A DNA stretch of 64,000 nucleotides from Escherichia coli (GCF_013122565.1 NZ_CP053258.1), one strand, 5' to 3'. Positions 36,749 to 47,239 are shown, counted from the stretch's first letter. The notes: generated from the sequence alone by a model not told the origin. Made by a program: numbers and translations.

Positions 36749-37175
36749 TTTTCAACGGAATGTCAGGCTGCGGCGTGCTGGGCTGATTCAGCATGTCGCC
36801 GTTTCTCCTCTCCGGCAGCATATGCTGCTGATTCAACGAACTATCCGGATTACGGTTGCTGTTTAACATCCCGCCGTTGGTGTTGGGCAGCATTTGCTGC
36901 CGGGCGGGATTTCGCTCCCCCGGCTGTGACTGCAACACCCGCTGAGAATTATTGTTTATCTGGTTTTCTAAATGCTGCTGTTGCAACTGAGTTTGCGTTT
37001 TCAGTTGCTGATTCAGCATCCCTTTTTGCTGGATTTGCTGCGTTTGCATCTGGGTTTGCATCCGCTGCTGGCTGGGGATCTGATATCCCGGCTGGTTGGG
37101 GTTATTCAGAGTATTAATGGGCTGTGCAAAGCCGACAAACGGCAGGAGTGCCGTAAGAATCAGAAGTCGTTTCAT
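36735..37175 (-). CDS. yhhA: Gln-rich secreted protein YhhA
   Basis: 146 aa with signal peptide and Q-rich low-complexity body. Confidence 0.85.
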
Positions 37176-37294
37176 CGCGTATCCTCCTCTGAAGATATCC
37201 TTTAAGTTTACTCGCTTCCCGACAAAACGATGATTAATTCAGAGTTATATACCAGGCTTAGCTGGGGTTGCCCCTTAATCTCTGGAGAATAACG

Positions 37295-39037
37295 ATGATA
37301 AAACCGACGTTTTTACGCCGGGTGGCCATTGCTGCTCTGCTCTCAGGAAGTTGTTTTAGCGCCGCCGCCGCGCCTCCTCCGCCACCTGTTTCTTATGGCG
37401 TGGAGGAAGATGTCTTCCATCCGGTACGCGCGAAACAGGGGATGGTGGCGTCTGTCGATGCCACTGCCACCCAAGTGGGGGTAGATATTCTAAAGGAGGG
37501 CGGGAATGCCGTTGATGCTGCCGTGGCAGTGGGCTACGCGCTGGCGGTAACGCATCCGCAAGCAGGGAATCTGGGCGGTGGTGGTTTTATGCTGATCCGC
37601 TCGAAAAATGGCAACACCACGGCTATCGATTTCCGCGAAATGGCACCCGCCAAAGCGACCCGCGATATGTTCCTCGATGATCAGGGCAACCCGGACAGCA
37701 AAAAATCACTCACTTCGCATCTGGCTTCCGGCACGCCCGGTACGGTAGCAGGTTTCTCGCTGGCGTTGGATAAATACGGCACCATGCCGTTGAACAAAGT
37801 GGTGCAACCGGCGTTTAAACTGGCACGCGATGGTTTTATCGTTAACGACGCGCTGGCTGACGATCTCAAAACCTACGGCAGTGAAGTGCTGCCGAATCAC
37901 GAAAACAGCAAGGCTATCTTCTGGAAAGAGGGCGAACCGCTGAAAAAGGGCGACACGCTGGTGCAGGCGAACCTGGCAAAGAGCCTGGAGATGATTGCTG
38001 AAAACGGCCCGGACGAATTCTATAAAGGCACGATTGCGGAACAGATCGCCCAGGAGATGCAGAAAAACGGTGGCTTGATCACTAGAGAAGATTTAGCGGC
38101 CTATAAAGCGGTGGAACGTACACCGATTAGCGGCGAATATCGCGGGTATCAGGTTTACTCGATGCCACCGCCATCTTCCGGTGGGATTCATATCGTGCAG
38201 ATCCTCAATATCCTGGAAAACTTCGATATGAAGAAATACGGCTTTGGCAGTGCCGACGCGATGCAAATCATGGCAGAAGCCGAGAAATATGCCTACGCCG
38301 ACCGCTCGGAATATCTTGGCGACCCGGATTTTGTCAAAGTCCCGTGGCAGGCGTTGACCAATAAAGCCTATGCCAAATCTATTGCCGATCAAATAGATAT
38401 CAATAAAGCGAAGCCATCCAGCGAAATTCGTCCTGGCAAGCTTGCGCCTTATGAGAGTAATCAAACTACCCATTACTCAGTGGTGGATAAAGACGGTAAC
38501 GCGGTGGCGGTGACCTATACGCTGAACACCACCTTCGGTACGGGCATTGTCGCGGGCGAGAGCGGTATTCTGCTTAATAACCAGATGGATGATTTCTCCG
38601 CCAAACCGGGCGTACCGAACGTTTACGGGCTGGTGGGCGGTGATGCCAACGCCGTCGGGCCGAATAAACGCCCGCTGTCATCGATGTCACCAACCATTGT
38701 GGTGAAAGACGGTAAAACCTGGTTAGTGACTGGTAGCCCAGGCGGTAGCCGGATCATCACTACCGTGCTGCAAATGGTGGTGAATAGCATCGATTATGGT
38801 ATGAATGTCGCCGAAGCGACCAATGCACCGCGTTTCCACCATCAATGGTTGCCGGACGAGCTGCGTGTCGAAAAAGGGTTTAGCCCGGATACGCTCAAGC
38901 TGCTGGAAGCAAAAGGTCAGAAAGTGGCGCTGAAAGAGGCGATGGGCAGTACACAAAGCATTATGGTTGGGCCGGACGGTGAGTTGTACGGCGCATCCGA
39001 CCCGCGCTCGGTGGATGATTTAACGGCGGGTTATTAA
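37295..39037 (+). CDS. ggt: Gamma-glutamyltranspeptidase
   Basis: 580 aa from the MIKPTF Met with signal peptide; GGT family. Confidence 0.93.
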   Translation: MIKPTFLRRVAIAALLSGSCFSAAAAPPPPPVSYGVEEDVFHPVRAKQGMVASVDATATQVGVDILKEGGNAVDAAVAVGYALAVTHPQAGNLGGGGFMLIRSKNGNTTAIDFREMAPAKATRDMFLDDQGNPDSKKSLTSHLASGTPGTVAGFSLALDKYGTMPLNKVVQPAFKLARDGFIVNDALADDLKTYGSEVLPNHENSKAIFWKEGEPLKKGDTLVQANLAKSLEMIAENGPDEFYKGTIAEQIAQEMQKNGGLITREDLAAYKAVERTPISGEYRGYQVYSMPPPSSGGIHIVQILNILENFDMKKYGFGSADAMQIMAEAEKYAYADRSEYLGDPDFVKVPWQALTNKAYAKSIADQIDINKAKPSSEIRPGKLAPYESNQTTHYSVVDKDGNAVAVTYTLNTTFGTGIVAGESGILLNNQMDDFSAKPGVPNVYGLVGGDANAVGPNKRPLSSMSPTIVVKDGKTWLVTGSPGGSRIITTVLQMVVNSIDYGMNVAEATNAPRFHHQWLPDELRVEKGFSPDTLKLLEAKGQKVALKEAMGSTQSIMVGPDGELYGASDPRSVDDLTAGY

Positions 39038-39043
39038 TATCTT

Positions 39044-39070
39044 AAGCCCTCTCCCGGTAGGTGAGGGCTT
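39044..39070. terminator. Bidirectional terminator hairpin between convergent ggt and yhhY
   Basis: aagccctc...gagggctt inverted repeat. Confidence 0.5.
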
Positions 39071-39097
39071 AAATGACAAACTTAGATTGCAAATTAT

Positions 39098-39586
39098 CTA
39101 TTTCACCCGCGCCATATAATACGCATCGACATATTCACCATTACGAAAAGCGTAATTTTTGCCGGTGCCTTCTATGTGAAATCCCAATTTTTTATAGACT
39201 GTGATTGCCGGGGCGTTATCCGCAAACACCGTCAACTCAATACGATCTATCCGTAACCAGTTGTCGCACATTTCAATCAATTCGCGGATCAGGGCGCTGG
39301 CGATGCCGCGGTTGTGCCAGCGGGAGTCAACACAGATACCAAAAGTTGCAACATGACTGCGGCGTGGGCCTTGATAAGCCTCAATGAAAAGATGACCCAC
39401 TACGATGCCATCAATGCAGGCAACCAGTTGTTTAAAACCTTGGCGATCTTTCAATCTTTCTGGCCACCAGCCTTCCGAAGGATGAGGTAGTTGTAGCGTG
39501 TTGCAATACACCTCCGGCTGGGCGTGAATCTGCCTGATGGCCTCGTAATCGCGCGTTTCAGCATGGCGTATCACTATCTCACTCAT
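39098..39586 (-). CDS. yhhY: GNAT N-acetyltransferase YhhY
   Basis: 162 aa from the MSEIVIRHA Met. Confidence 0.88.
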   Translation of the reverse strand: MSEIVIRHAETRDYEAIRQIHAQPEVYCNTLQLPHPSEGWWPERLKDRQGFKQLVACIDGIVVGHLFIEAYQGPRRSHVATFGICVDSRWHNRGIASALIRELIEMCDNWLRIDRIELTVFADNAPAITVYKKLGFHIEGTGKNYAFRNGEYVDAYYMARVK

Positions 39587-39683
39587 TCCTTTGTCCTCTT
39601 TGGGGTAAATGTCCCTTTCAACATCATTGACTTTCAAATGCGAGTCAAATGCATTTTTTTGCAAAAAGTGTTGGACAAGTGCG

Positions 39684-39705
39684 AATGAGAATGATTATTA
39701 TTGTC
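39684..39705 (+). promoter_or_regulatory. Fur box in the ryhB promoter
   Basis: aatgagaatgattattattgtc resembles the Fur consensus gataatgataatcattatc, immediately upstream of ryhB. Confidence 0.65.
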
Positions 39706-39707
39706 TC

Positions 39708-39800
39708 GCGATCAGGAAGACCCTCGCGGAGAACCTGAAAGCACGACATTGCTCACATTGCTTCCAGTATTACTTAGCCAGCCGGGTGCTGGCTTTTTTT
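39708..39800 (+). ncRNA. ryhB: Iron-responsive small RNA RyhB
   Basis: Sequence matches remembered RyhB (gcgatcaggaagaccctcgcggagaacctgaaagcacgacattgctcacattgcttccagtattacttagccagccgggtgctggctttt), ending in a hairpin plus T-run, in the yhhY-yhhX intergenic region. Confidence 0.88.
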
Positions 39801-39918
39801 TTGATCTTTCGTTCTCAATTTATCCACGGGAGTGCTTGTGTTCGTTATGCGCACTCCAGTAGGAACCACGTCCGCTTTGCGCTAAGGTGTAAATAACCAC
39901 CTTAAAAAGGACGAAATC

Positions 39919-40956
39919 ATGGTCATCAACTGCGCCTTTATTGGCTTCGGCAAAAGCACCACCCGTTACCATCTGCCGTATGTACTTAACCGCAAGGATA
40001 GCTGGCATGTCGCGCATATTTTTCGCCGCCATGCAAAGCCGGAAGAACAAGCTCCCATTTACTCTCATATCCATTTCACCAGCGATCTCGACGAAGTGCT
40101 AAACGATCCCGATGTTAAGCTGGTTGTTGTCTGCACCCATGCGGACAGCCACTTCGAGTACGCGAAGCGCGCGCTGGAAGCCGGGAAAAATGTGCTGGTC
40201 GAAAAACCGTTCACCCCGACGCTTGCCCAGGCGAAAGAGCTGTTTGCTCTGGCGAAAAGTAAAGGGCTGACCGTCACGCCATATCAGAATCGTCGCTTTG
40301 ATTCCTGCTTCCTGACGGCGAAAAAAGCGATTGAAAGCGGCAAGCTGGGAGAGATTGTCGAAGTGGAAAGCCATTTTGACTATTACCGCCCGGTGGCAGA
40401 AACCAAACCTGGGCTGCCGCAGGATGGCGCGTTCTATGGCCTTGGTGTGCATACGATGGACCAGATTATTTCTCTGTTCGGTCGCCCGGATCACGTCGCT
40501 TATGACATCCGCAGCCTGCGTAATAAAGCCAATCCTGACGACACCTTTGAAGCGCAGCTGTTTTATGGCGACCTGAAAGCCATCGTCAAAACCAGCCATC
40601 TGGTGAAAATCGATTATCCGAAATTTATCGTTCACGGTAAGAAAGGTTCGTTTATTAAATACGGTATCGACCAGCAGGAAACCAGCCTGAAGGCTAATAT
40701 TATGCCGGGCGAACCGGGATTCGCAGCGGATGATTCGGTCGGTGTGCTGGAGTATGTCAATGACGAGGGTGTGACGGTCAGAGAAGAGATGAAGCCAGAG
40801 ATGGGCGATTACGGGCGCGTTTATGATGCGTTGTATCAAACCATCACCAACGGTGCGCCAAATTACGTCAAGGAATCTGAAGTTCTTACCAATCTGGAAA
40901 TCCTTGAACGCGGATTCGAGCAAGCCTCTCCCTCCACAGTGACTCTCGCGAAGTAA
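39919..40956 (+). CDS. yhhX: Gfo/Idh/MocA-family oxidoreductase YhhX
   Basis: 345 aa. Confidence 0.9.
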   Translation: MVINCAFIGFGKSTTRYHLPYVLNRKDSWHVAHIFRRHAKPEEQAPIYSHIHFTSDLDEVLNDPDVKLVVVCTHADSHFEYAKRALEAGKNVLVEKPFTPTLAQAKELFALAKSKGLTVTPYQNRRFDSCFLTAKKAIESGKLGEIVEVESHFDYYRPVAETKPGLPQDGAFYGLGVHTMDQIISLFGRPDHVAYDIRSLRNKANPDDTFEAQLFYGDLKAIVKTSHLVKIDYPKFIVHGKKGSFIKYGIDQQETSLKANIMPGEPGFAADDSVGVLEYVNDEGVTVREEMKPEMGDYGRVYDALYQTITNGAPNYVKESEVLTNLEILERGFEQASPSTVTLAK

Positions 40957-41078
40957 GTTTGATGGCCCCTCGAATAGTTCAATTTTTTTGAACAGAGGGG
41001 TCAATTTTCACCCTCTATCATCCCAGGCAGATCGGGTCCACACTAAGCCCATCGAAATCATTCAGGGGGCGAATACAA

Positions 41079-41774
41079 ATGATCTACTTACGCAAAGCAA
41101 ATGAACGTGGTCATGCAAATCATGGCTGGCTGGACTCCTGGCATACTTTCTCTTTTGCCAACTATTACGATCCGAACTTTATGGGCTTCTCCGCGCTGCG
41201 CGTGATTAACGACGACGTGATTGAAGCAGGACAGGGCTTCGGCACTCACCCGCATAAAGATATGGAGATTTTGACCTACGTGCTGGAAGGTACTGTTGAG
41301 CATCAGGACAGCATGGGCAATAAAGAGCAGGTTCCGGCGGGTGAGTTCCAGATTATGAGTGCGGGTACGGGTATTCGTCACTCAGAGTACAACCCAAGCA
41401 GCACCGAGCGTCTGCATCTGTATCAGATCTGGATCATGCCTGAAGAAAACGGTATTACGCCGCGTTATGAACAGCGTCGCTTCGATGCCGTACAGGGCAA
41501 ACAGCTGGTGCTCTCGCCGGATGCGCGAGATGGTTCATTGAAAGTGCATCAGGATATGGAACTGTATCGTTGGGCGTTGCTGAAAGATGAGCAGTCGGTG
41601 CATCAGATTGCCGCTGAACGCCGCGTCTGGATCCAGGTGGTGAAAGGCAATGTCACCATTAACGGCGTGAAAGCCTCGACCAGCGATGGTCTGGCAATCT
41701 GGGATGAGCAGGCGATCTCCATCCATGCGGATAGCGACAGCGAAGTGTTACTGTTCGATCTGCCGCCGGTTTAA
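41079..41774 (+). CDS. yhhW: Pirin-like quercetin 2,3-dioxygenase YhhW
   Basis: 231 aa cupin-fold protein. Confidence 0.9.
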   Translation: MIYLRKANERGHANHGWLDSWHTFSFANYYDPNFMGFSALRVINDDVIEAGQGFGTHPHKDMEILTYVLEGTVEHQDSMGNKEQVPAGEFQIMSAGTGIRHSEYNPSSTERLHLYQIWIMPEENGITPRYEQRRFDAVQGKQLVLSPDARDGSLKVHQDMELYRWALLKDEQSVHQIAAERRVWIQVVKGNVTINGVKASTSDGLAIWDEQAISIHADSDSEVLLFDLPPV

Positions 41775-41997
41775 AACTCAACGGCATCTTTGAAGCCTGC
41801 CTTTTTGCAGGCTTCCTCGCTCGCTCCGGTCGCGTGCTGATGTACGCTTCCGGGGTTTTGCCGCGTCGTTAGCACAATGCGATGCAATTGATTTAGTGTA
41901 TATCTAATAATTGTAAACAAGCACTGTTTTCCCCGGGAAGGTTCTGATGCGTCCGTGTTAAACTAAGAGAATCTATCTCTTTTGTACCTTCAGGACG

Positions 41998-42993
41998 ATG
42001 AAAAAGAAAAGACCCGTACTTCAGGATGTGGCTGACCGTGTAGGCGTGACCAAAATGACGGTCAGCCGTTTTTTACGCAACCCGGAGCAGGTTTCCGTCG
42101 CTCTACGCGGCAAGATTGCCGCCGCTCTTGATGAACTGGGCTATATTCCCAATCGTGCGCCCGATATCCTCTCTAACGCCACCAGCCGGGCGATTGGCGT
42201 CCTGTTACCTTCTCTCACCAACCAGGTTTTCGCGGAAGTATTACGCGGAATCGAAAGCGTCACCGACGCGCACGGTTATCAGACCATGCTGGCGCACTAC
42301 GGTTATAAACCGGAAATGGAGCAAGAACGCCTCGAATCCATGCTCTCATGGAATATCGACGGCCTGATCCTCACCGAACGTACCCACACGCCGCGCACCT
42401 TAAAGATGATTGAAGTGGCGGGTATTCCCGTGGTGGAACTGATGGACAGCAAGTCGCCATGCCTCGATATTGCCGTCGGTTTTGATAACTTTGAAGCAGC
42501 ACGCCAGATGACCACTGCCATTATTGCTCGCGGGCATCGCCACATTGCCTATCTCGGCGCACGTCTCGACGAACGTACTATCATCAAACAGAAGGGGTAC
42601 GAACAGGCGATGCTGGATGCAGGTCTGGTGCCGTATAGCGTGATGGTTGAGCAATCTTCTTCTTATTCTTCCGGTATTGAACTGATTCGCCAGGCGCGGC
42701 GGGAATATCCGCAGCTGGATGGCGTGTTCTGTACCAACGATGACCTGGCGGTCGGCGCGGCGTTTGAATGTCAACGTCTGGGGTTGAAAGTTCCTGACGA
42801 TATGGCGATTGCCGGTTTCCACGGTCATGACATTGGTCAGGTGATGGAGCCACGACTGGCGAGCGTGCTTACGCCGCGTGAGCGGATGGGCAGTATTGGC
42901 GCTGAACGCCTGCTGGCGCGTATTCGTGGCGAATCTGTGACACCGAAAATGTTAGATTTAGGTTTCACCTTGTCACCGGGCGGATCTATTTAA
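41998..42993 (+). CDS. gntR: Gluconate repressor GntR (LacI family)
   Basis: 331 aa with N-terminal HTH (VTKMTVSRFLRNP). Confidence 0.93.
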   Translation: MKKKRPVLQDVADRVGVTKMTVSRFLRNPEQVSVALRGKIAAALDELGYIPNRAPDILSNATSRAIGVLLPSLTNQVFAEVLRGIESVTDAHGYQTMLAHYGYKPEMEQERLESMLSWNIDGLILTERTHTPRTLKMIEVAGIPVVELMDSKSPCLDIAVGFDNFEAARQMTTAIIARGHRHIAYLGARLDERTIIKQKGYEQAMLDAGLVPYSVMVEQSSSYSSGIELIRQARREYPQLDGVFCTNDDLAVGAAFECQRLGLKVPDDMAIAGFHGHDIGQVMEPRLASVLTPRERMGSIGAERLLARIRGESVTPKMLDLGFTLSPGGSI

Positions 42994-43072
42994 GCCCACA
43001 AATTTGAAGTAGCTCACACTTATACACTTAAGGCACGGATGGATATTGCTTCTGATATTGTCCGGCCGGACA

Positions 43073-43101
43073 ATGTTACCGATAACAGTTACCAGTAACA
43101 T
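43073..43101 (+). promoter_or_regulatory. GntR operator (overlapping palindromes) in the gntK promoter
   Basis: atgttaccgataacagttaccagtaacat read directly, about 30 bp upstream of gntK. Confidence 0.7.
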
Positions 43102-43131
43102 TTTTAATTCTTGTATTGTGGGGGCACCACT

Positions 43132-43659
43132 TTGAGCACGACTAACCATGATCACCACATTTACGTCTTGATGGGCGTATCGGGCAGCGGCAAATCTGCG
43201 GTCGCCAGTGAAGTGGCGCATCAACTTCATGCCGCGTTTCTTGATGGCGATTTCCTCCATCCACGGCGCAATATCGAAAAAATGGCGTCTGGCGAACCGC
43301 TGAATGACGACGATCGCAAACCGTGGTTGCAGGCGCTGAACGACGCCGCGTTTGCTATGCAGCGCACTAATAAAGTGTCGCTGATCGTCTGTTCTGCATT
43401 GAAAAAACACTATCGCGACTTGCTGCGTGAAGGTAATCCGAATCTCTCTTTCATCTACCTGAAAGGCGATTTTGATGTGATTGAAAGCCGCCTGAAAGCG
43501 CGCAAAGGCCATTTCTTTAAAACCCAAATGTTGGTGACGCAGTTTGAAACGCTGCAGGAGCCGGGTGCGGACGAAACCGATGTACTGGTGGTAGATATCG
43601 ATCAACCGCTGGAAGGTGTTGTGGCAAGCACCATTGAGGTTATTAAAAAAGGCAAATAA
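43132..43659 (+). CDS. gntK: Thermoresistant gluconokinase GntK
   Basis: 175 aa from an in-frame TTG, P-loop GVSGSGKS. Confidence 0.9.
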   Translation: MSTTNHDHHIYVLMGVSGSGKSAVASEVAHQLHAAFLDGDFLHPRRNIEKMASGEPLNDDDRKPWLQALNDAAFAMQRTNKVSLIVCSALKKHYRDLLREGNPNLSFIYLKGDFDVIESRLKARKGHFFKTQMLVTQFETLQEPGADETDVLVVDIDQPLEGVVASTIEVIKKGK

Positions 43660-43662
43660 GTA

Positions 43663-45003
43663 GTGACTACATTAACGCTTGTTTTAACAGCAGTAGGGTC
43701 TGTTTTACTGCTGCTGTTTTTAGTCATGAAGGCGCGTATGCACGCTTTCCTGGCTTTGATGGTGGTGTCCATGGGGGCTGGCCTTTTTTCCGGTATGCCG
43801 CTCGATAAAATCGCAGCGACGATGGAAAAAGGGATGGGAGGCACCCTCGGCTTCCTGGCGGTGGTTGTCGCCCTGGGAGCTATGTTTGGCAAGATCTTAC
43901 ATGAAACCGGCGCAGTCGATCAGATTGCCGTCAAAATGCTCAAATCCTTCGGTCACAGCCGCGCGCATTATGCCATCGGCCTTGCGGGGCTGGTCTGTGC
44001 GCTACCGCTGTTCTTTGAAGTGGCGATTGTTCTGCTGATTAGCGTTGCTTTCTCAATGGCGCGCCACACCGGTACGAACCTGGTGAAGCTGGTAATCCCA
44101 TTATTTGCAGGCGTGGCGGCAGCGGCTGCGTTCCTGGTGCCTGGACCAGCGCCAATGCTGCTGGCATCGCAGATGAACGCCGATTTTGGCTGGATGATCC
44201 TGATTGGCCTGTGTGCGGCAATTCCGGGAATGATTATTGCTGGGCCGCTGTGGGGTAACTTTATCAGCCGTTACGTTGAGCTGCATATTCCTGACGACAT
44301 CAGCGAACCGCATCTCGGCGAAGGCAAAATGCCATCTTTCGGATTCAGCCTGTCGCTGATCCTGTTGCCGCTGGTGCTGGTGGGGCTGAAAACCATTGCC
44401 GCGCGTTTTGTGCCAGAAGGCTCTACCGCTTACGAATGGTTCGAGTTTATTGGTCATCCGTTTACCGCGATTCTGGTTGCTTGTCTGGTGGCGATTTACG
44501 GTCTGGCAATGCGTCAGGGCATGCCAAAAGACAAAGTGATGGAGATTTGCGGTCACGCGCTGCAACCGGCGGGGATCATTCTGCTGGTGATTGGTGCAGG
44601 CGGCGTGTTCAAACAGGTGCTGGTTGACTCTGGCGTAGGTCCGGCACTCGGCGAAGCGTTAACCGGCATGGGCCTGCCGATTGCCATCACCTGCTTCGTG
44701 CTGGCAGCGGCGGTGCGCATCATTCAGGGGTCTGCCACCGTTGCCTGCTTAACGGCGGTAGGACTGGTAATGCCGGTCATTGAACAACTGAACTACTCCG
44801 GTGCGCAAATGGCGGCGCTGTCGATTTGTATCGCCGGTGGTTCGATTGTTGTCAGCCACGTTAACGACGCTGGTTTCTGGTTGTTCGGTAAATTTACCGG
44901 CGCGACCGAAGCCGAAACGCTGAAAACCTGGACCATGATGGAAACCATCCTCGGCACTGTCGGTGCCATCGTTGGGATGATTGCGTTCCAGCTGTTGAGT
45001 TAA
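43663..45003 (+). CDS. gntU: Low-affinity gluconate transporter GntU
   Basis: 446 aa GntP-family permease, GTG start. Confidence 0.92.
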   Translation: MTTLTLVLTAVGSVLLLLFLVMKARMHAFLALMVVSMGAGLFSGMPLDKIAATMEKGMGGTLGFLAVVVALGAMFGKILHETGAVDQIAVKMLKSFGHSRAHYAIGLAGLVCALPLFFEVAIVLLISVAFSMARHTGTNLVKLVIPLFAGVAAAAAFLVPGPAPMLLASQMNADFGWMILIGLCAAIPGMIIAGPLWGNFISRYVELHIPDDISEPHLGEGKMPSFGFSLSLILLPLVLVGLKTIAARFVPEGSTAYEWFEFIGHPFTAILVACLVAIYGLAMRQGMPKDKVMEICGHALQPAGIILLVIGAGGVFKQVLVDSGVGPALGEALTGMGLPIAITCFVLAAAVRIIQGSATVACLTAVGLVMPVIEQLNYSGAQMAALSICIAGGSIVVSHVNDAGFWLFGKFTGATEAETLKTWTMMETILGTVGAIVGMIAFQLLS

Positions 45004-45015
45004 TTACTGCGACAA

Positions 45016-45050
45016 ATTACTGCGAGCTTGCTCGCAGTAATTCATTTCTC
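45016..45050 (+). terminator. Rho-independent terminator of gntU
   Basis: Perfect 12-bp stem attactgcgagc/gctcgcagtaat followed by T-rich sequence. Confidence 0.6.
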
Positions 45051-45142
45051 TTTTCTCCTCTCTTCATCTTTTTGATCTCTCTCGCAAATTTACCTGCTAA
45101 TAATCCGTTCTAATCACTGCCTAAAGATCGCAGGAGATAAAG

Positions 45143-47239
45143 ATGGAAAAGCACGGAGCTGAATTGCTTTTACAGCGGATGTTAGGCAATACCACCGCTA
45201 CTTTCAGGGAAGGTCAATGGGAAGCCATGGACGCGGTGGTGAACCGACGGCGAAAACTGCTGGTTGTCCAACGCACTGGCTGGGGGAAAAGCGCCGTGTA
45301 CTTCATCTCCAGTAAAATCTTCCGCGATCGCGGCGCTGGCCCGACAATTATCATCTCTCCTTTGCTTGCCCTGATGCGTAACCAGGTTGCCGCCGCTGAA
45401 CGGTTAGGTATTACGGCTGAAACGTTGAATTCTACAAACAGGGAAGAATGGCAGCGCATTAGCGATAAGTTGCTGCAAGGTGCGGTCGATTGCTTGCTGG
45501 TTTCCCCGGAACGTTTGGCAAACCAGGACTTTATCGAAACGGTTTTATATCCTATAGCCGATCGTATTGGTTTGCTTGTGGTCGACGAGGCGCACTGCAT
45601 CTCTGATTGGGGCCACGATTTTCGCCCGGATTACCGACGTATATTAGATATTTTGCGCCAACTGCCTGCGAATACCCCTGTTCTGGGTACAACCGCGACA
45701 GCGAATAACCGTGTCGTTGAGGATATCCGTCAGCAATTGGGTGACATTGTGATTCAGCGTGGAACGCTGGCTCGCGAAAGTTTGGCGCTTGATGCCTTAG
45801 TCTTAGGTGAACAGTCATCCCGTCTGGCATGGTTAGCAACGGTTATCCCTCAGTTTTCCAAATCGGGAATTGTTTATACCCTGACTACTCGCGATGCCGA
45901 ACTTGTCGCCGAGTGGTTAAGGACAAATGGTATCAGTGCATTTGCTTACTACAGCGGCGTGACTTGTGAAGGCGCGGAAGATTCTAATACTGCCAGGGAA
46001 TATCTGGAGCAGGCGCTGCTGGCAAATAAAATCAAAGTGCTGGTCGCGACGACGGCATTAGGTATGGGGTTTGATAAACCTGATTTAGGTTTCGTCATTC
46101 ATTATCAAATGCCGGGGTCTATTGTCGGTTACTACCAACAGGTAGGGCGTGCCGGGCGTGCTATAGATTCCGCTGTTGGCATATTGCTTTGTGGTGGTGA
46201 AGACCGCGCTATTCATAAATTCTTCCGTGAAAGCGCCTTTCCTGCGGAGGCGCAAATTCATGAAATACTCAACGTACTTAGCGAGAATGACGGTCTTACC
46301 CTACGAGGCATTGAACAACGGACGAATCTCCGTTATGGGCAAATAGAAAAAGCACTGAAATTATTGGTAGCTGAAAATCCATCGCCTGTGGTGTATACCG
46401 AGAAATTATGGCGCAGAACTATCGTCAGTTTCTCTCCTGACCATGAACGAATTAACCATTTGATGAATCAGAGAAAAAGTGAGCTGGCAGACGTTGAAAG
46501 CTATGTCACGACCAAGGAGTGCAAAATGCAATTTCTGCGCCGCGCACTCGATGAGCCAAGTGCCGAACGTTGTGGTAAATGTAGCAGTTGTCTTCAGCAT
46601 CCGTTGTTGTCGCCCGATATTGATAGCGGCTTACTCCATGCGGCAAATTTATTTATTAAACACGCTGACCTGCCATTAAATCTCAATAAACAGGTAGCAT
46701 CTGGGGCTTTTACGCAATACGGATTTAAAGGGAACTTGCCTGCGGGTTTACAAGGATCTACGGGGCGAGTCCTTTCTCGTTGGGGAGATTCCGGGTGGGG
46801 AAAGCAGGTAGCACAGGAGAAAAAAACGGGGCGATTCAGTGATGAGCTGGTGGAGGCATGTGCGGAAATGGTTCGCCAACGCTGGAATCCGCATCCTGAA
46901 CCAACCTGGGTATGCTGCGTTCCTTCATTAAGGCACCTCGACCTGGTTCCTAATTTTGCCCGGCGACTGGCGGCGAAACTTGGCTTACCTTTTATTGATG
47001 CCATTGAAAAAGTCGTGGACAATCCACCGCAGAAAATGCAGCAAAACCGTTTTCACCAGTGTCAAAATCTCGACGGGGCGTTTGTGATTACCCCTCCTTT
47101 GATGCCAGGTCCGGCGTTGCTGGTTGACGATATCGTGGATTCTGCATGGACGCTGACAGTTCTGACAGCACTGTTACGCCAGGCAGGTTGCCCGACGGTT
47201 TATCCTCTTGCCCTTGCTTCTACCTCGGTAAAAAATTGA
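45143..47239 (+). CDS. RecQ-family DNA helicase fused to a C-terminal phosphoribosyltransferase-like domain (PsyrT/RqlH-like toxin or effector candidate)
   Basis: 698 aa with helicase motifs QRTGWGKS, VVDEAHCISDWGHDFRPDY, VLGTTATAN, VLVATTALGMGFDKPD, YYQQVGRAGR; Cys cluster CKMQ...CGKCSSC; C-terminal LLVDDIVDSAWTLTV PRTase-type motif. Confidence 0.75.
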   Translation: MEKHGAELLLQRMLGNTTATFREGQWEAMDAVVNRRRKLLVVQRTGWGKSAVYFISSKIFRDRGAGPTIIISPLLALMRNQVAAAERLGITAETLNSTNREEWQRISDKLLQGAVDCLLVSPERLANQDFIETVLYPIADRIGLLVVDEAHCISDWGHDFRPDYRRILDILRQLPANTPVLGTTATANNRVVEDIRQQLGDIVIQRGTLARESLALDALVLGEQSSRLAWLATVIPQFSKSGIVYTLTTRDAELVAEWLRTNGISAFAYYSGVTCEGAEDSNTAREYLEQALLANKIKVLVATTALGMGFDKPDLGFVIHYQMPGSIVGYYQQVGRAGRAIDSAVGILLCGGEDRAIHKFFRESAFPAEAQIHEILNVLSENDGLTLRGIEQRTNLRYGQIEKALKLLVAENPSPVVYTEKLWRRTIVSFSPDHERINHLMNQRKSELADVESYVTTKECKMQFLRRALDEPSAERCGKCSSCLQHPLLSPDIDSGLLHAANLFIKHADLPLNLNKQVASGAFTQYGFKGNLPAGLQGSTGRVLSRWGDSGWGKQVAQEKKTGRFSDELVEACAEMVRQRWNPHPEPTWVCCVPSLRHLDLVPNFARRLAAKLGLPFIDAIEKVVDNPPQKMQQNRFHQCQNLDGAFVITPPLMPGPALLVDDIVDSAWTLTVLTALLRQAGCPTVYPLALASTSVKN

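Noticed and set aside
36780-37175. Repetitive Gln-rich stretch that could be mistaken for a DNA repeat or mobile remnant
   Set aside because: It is the coding body of yhhA, a known Q-rich secreted protein, in one continuous frame with a signal peptide.
40099-41004. 301-aa ORF on the - strand
   Set aside because: Antisense to yhhX; shadow ORF.
47146-47238. Upstream extension of the DprA-like ORF (track start at 47146)
   Set aside because: The extension overlaps the helicase gene in another frame; the ATG at 47239 overlapping the helicase stop is the more plausible coupled start.
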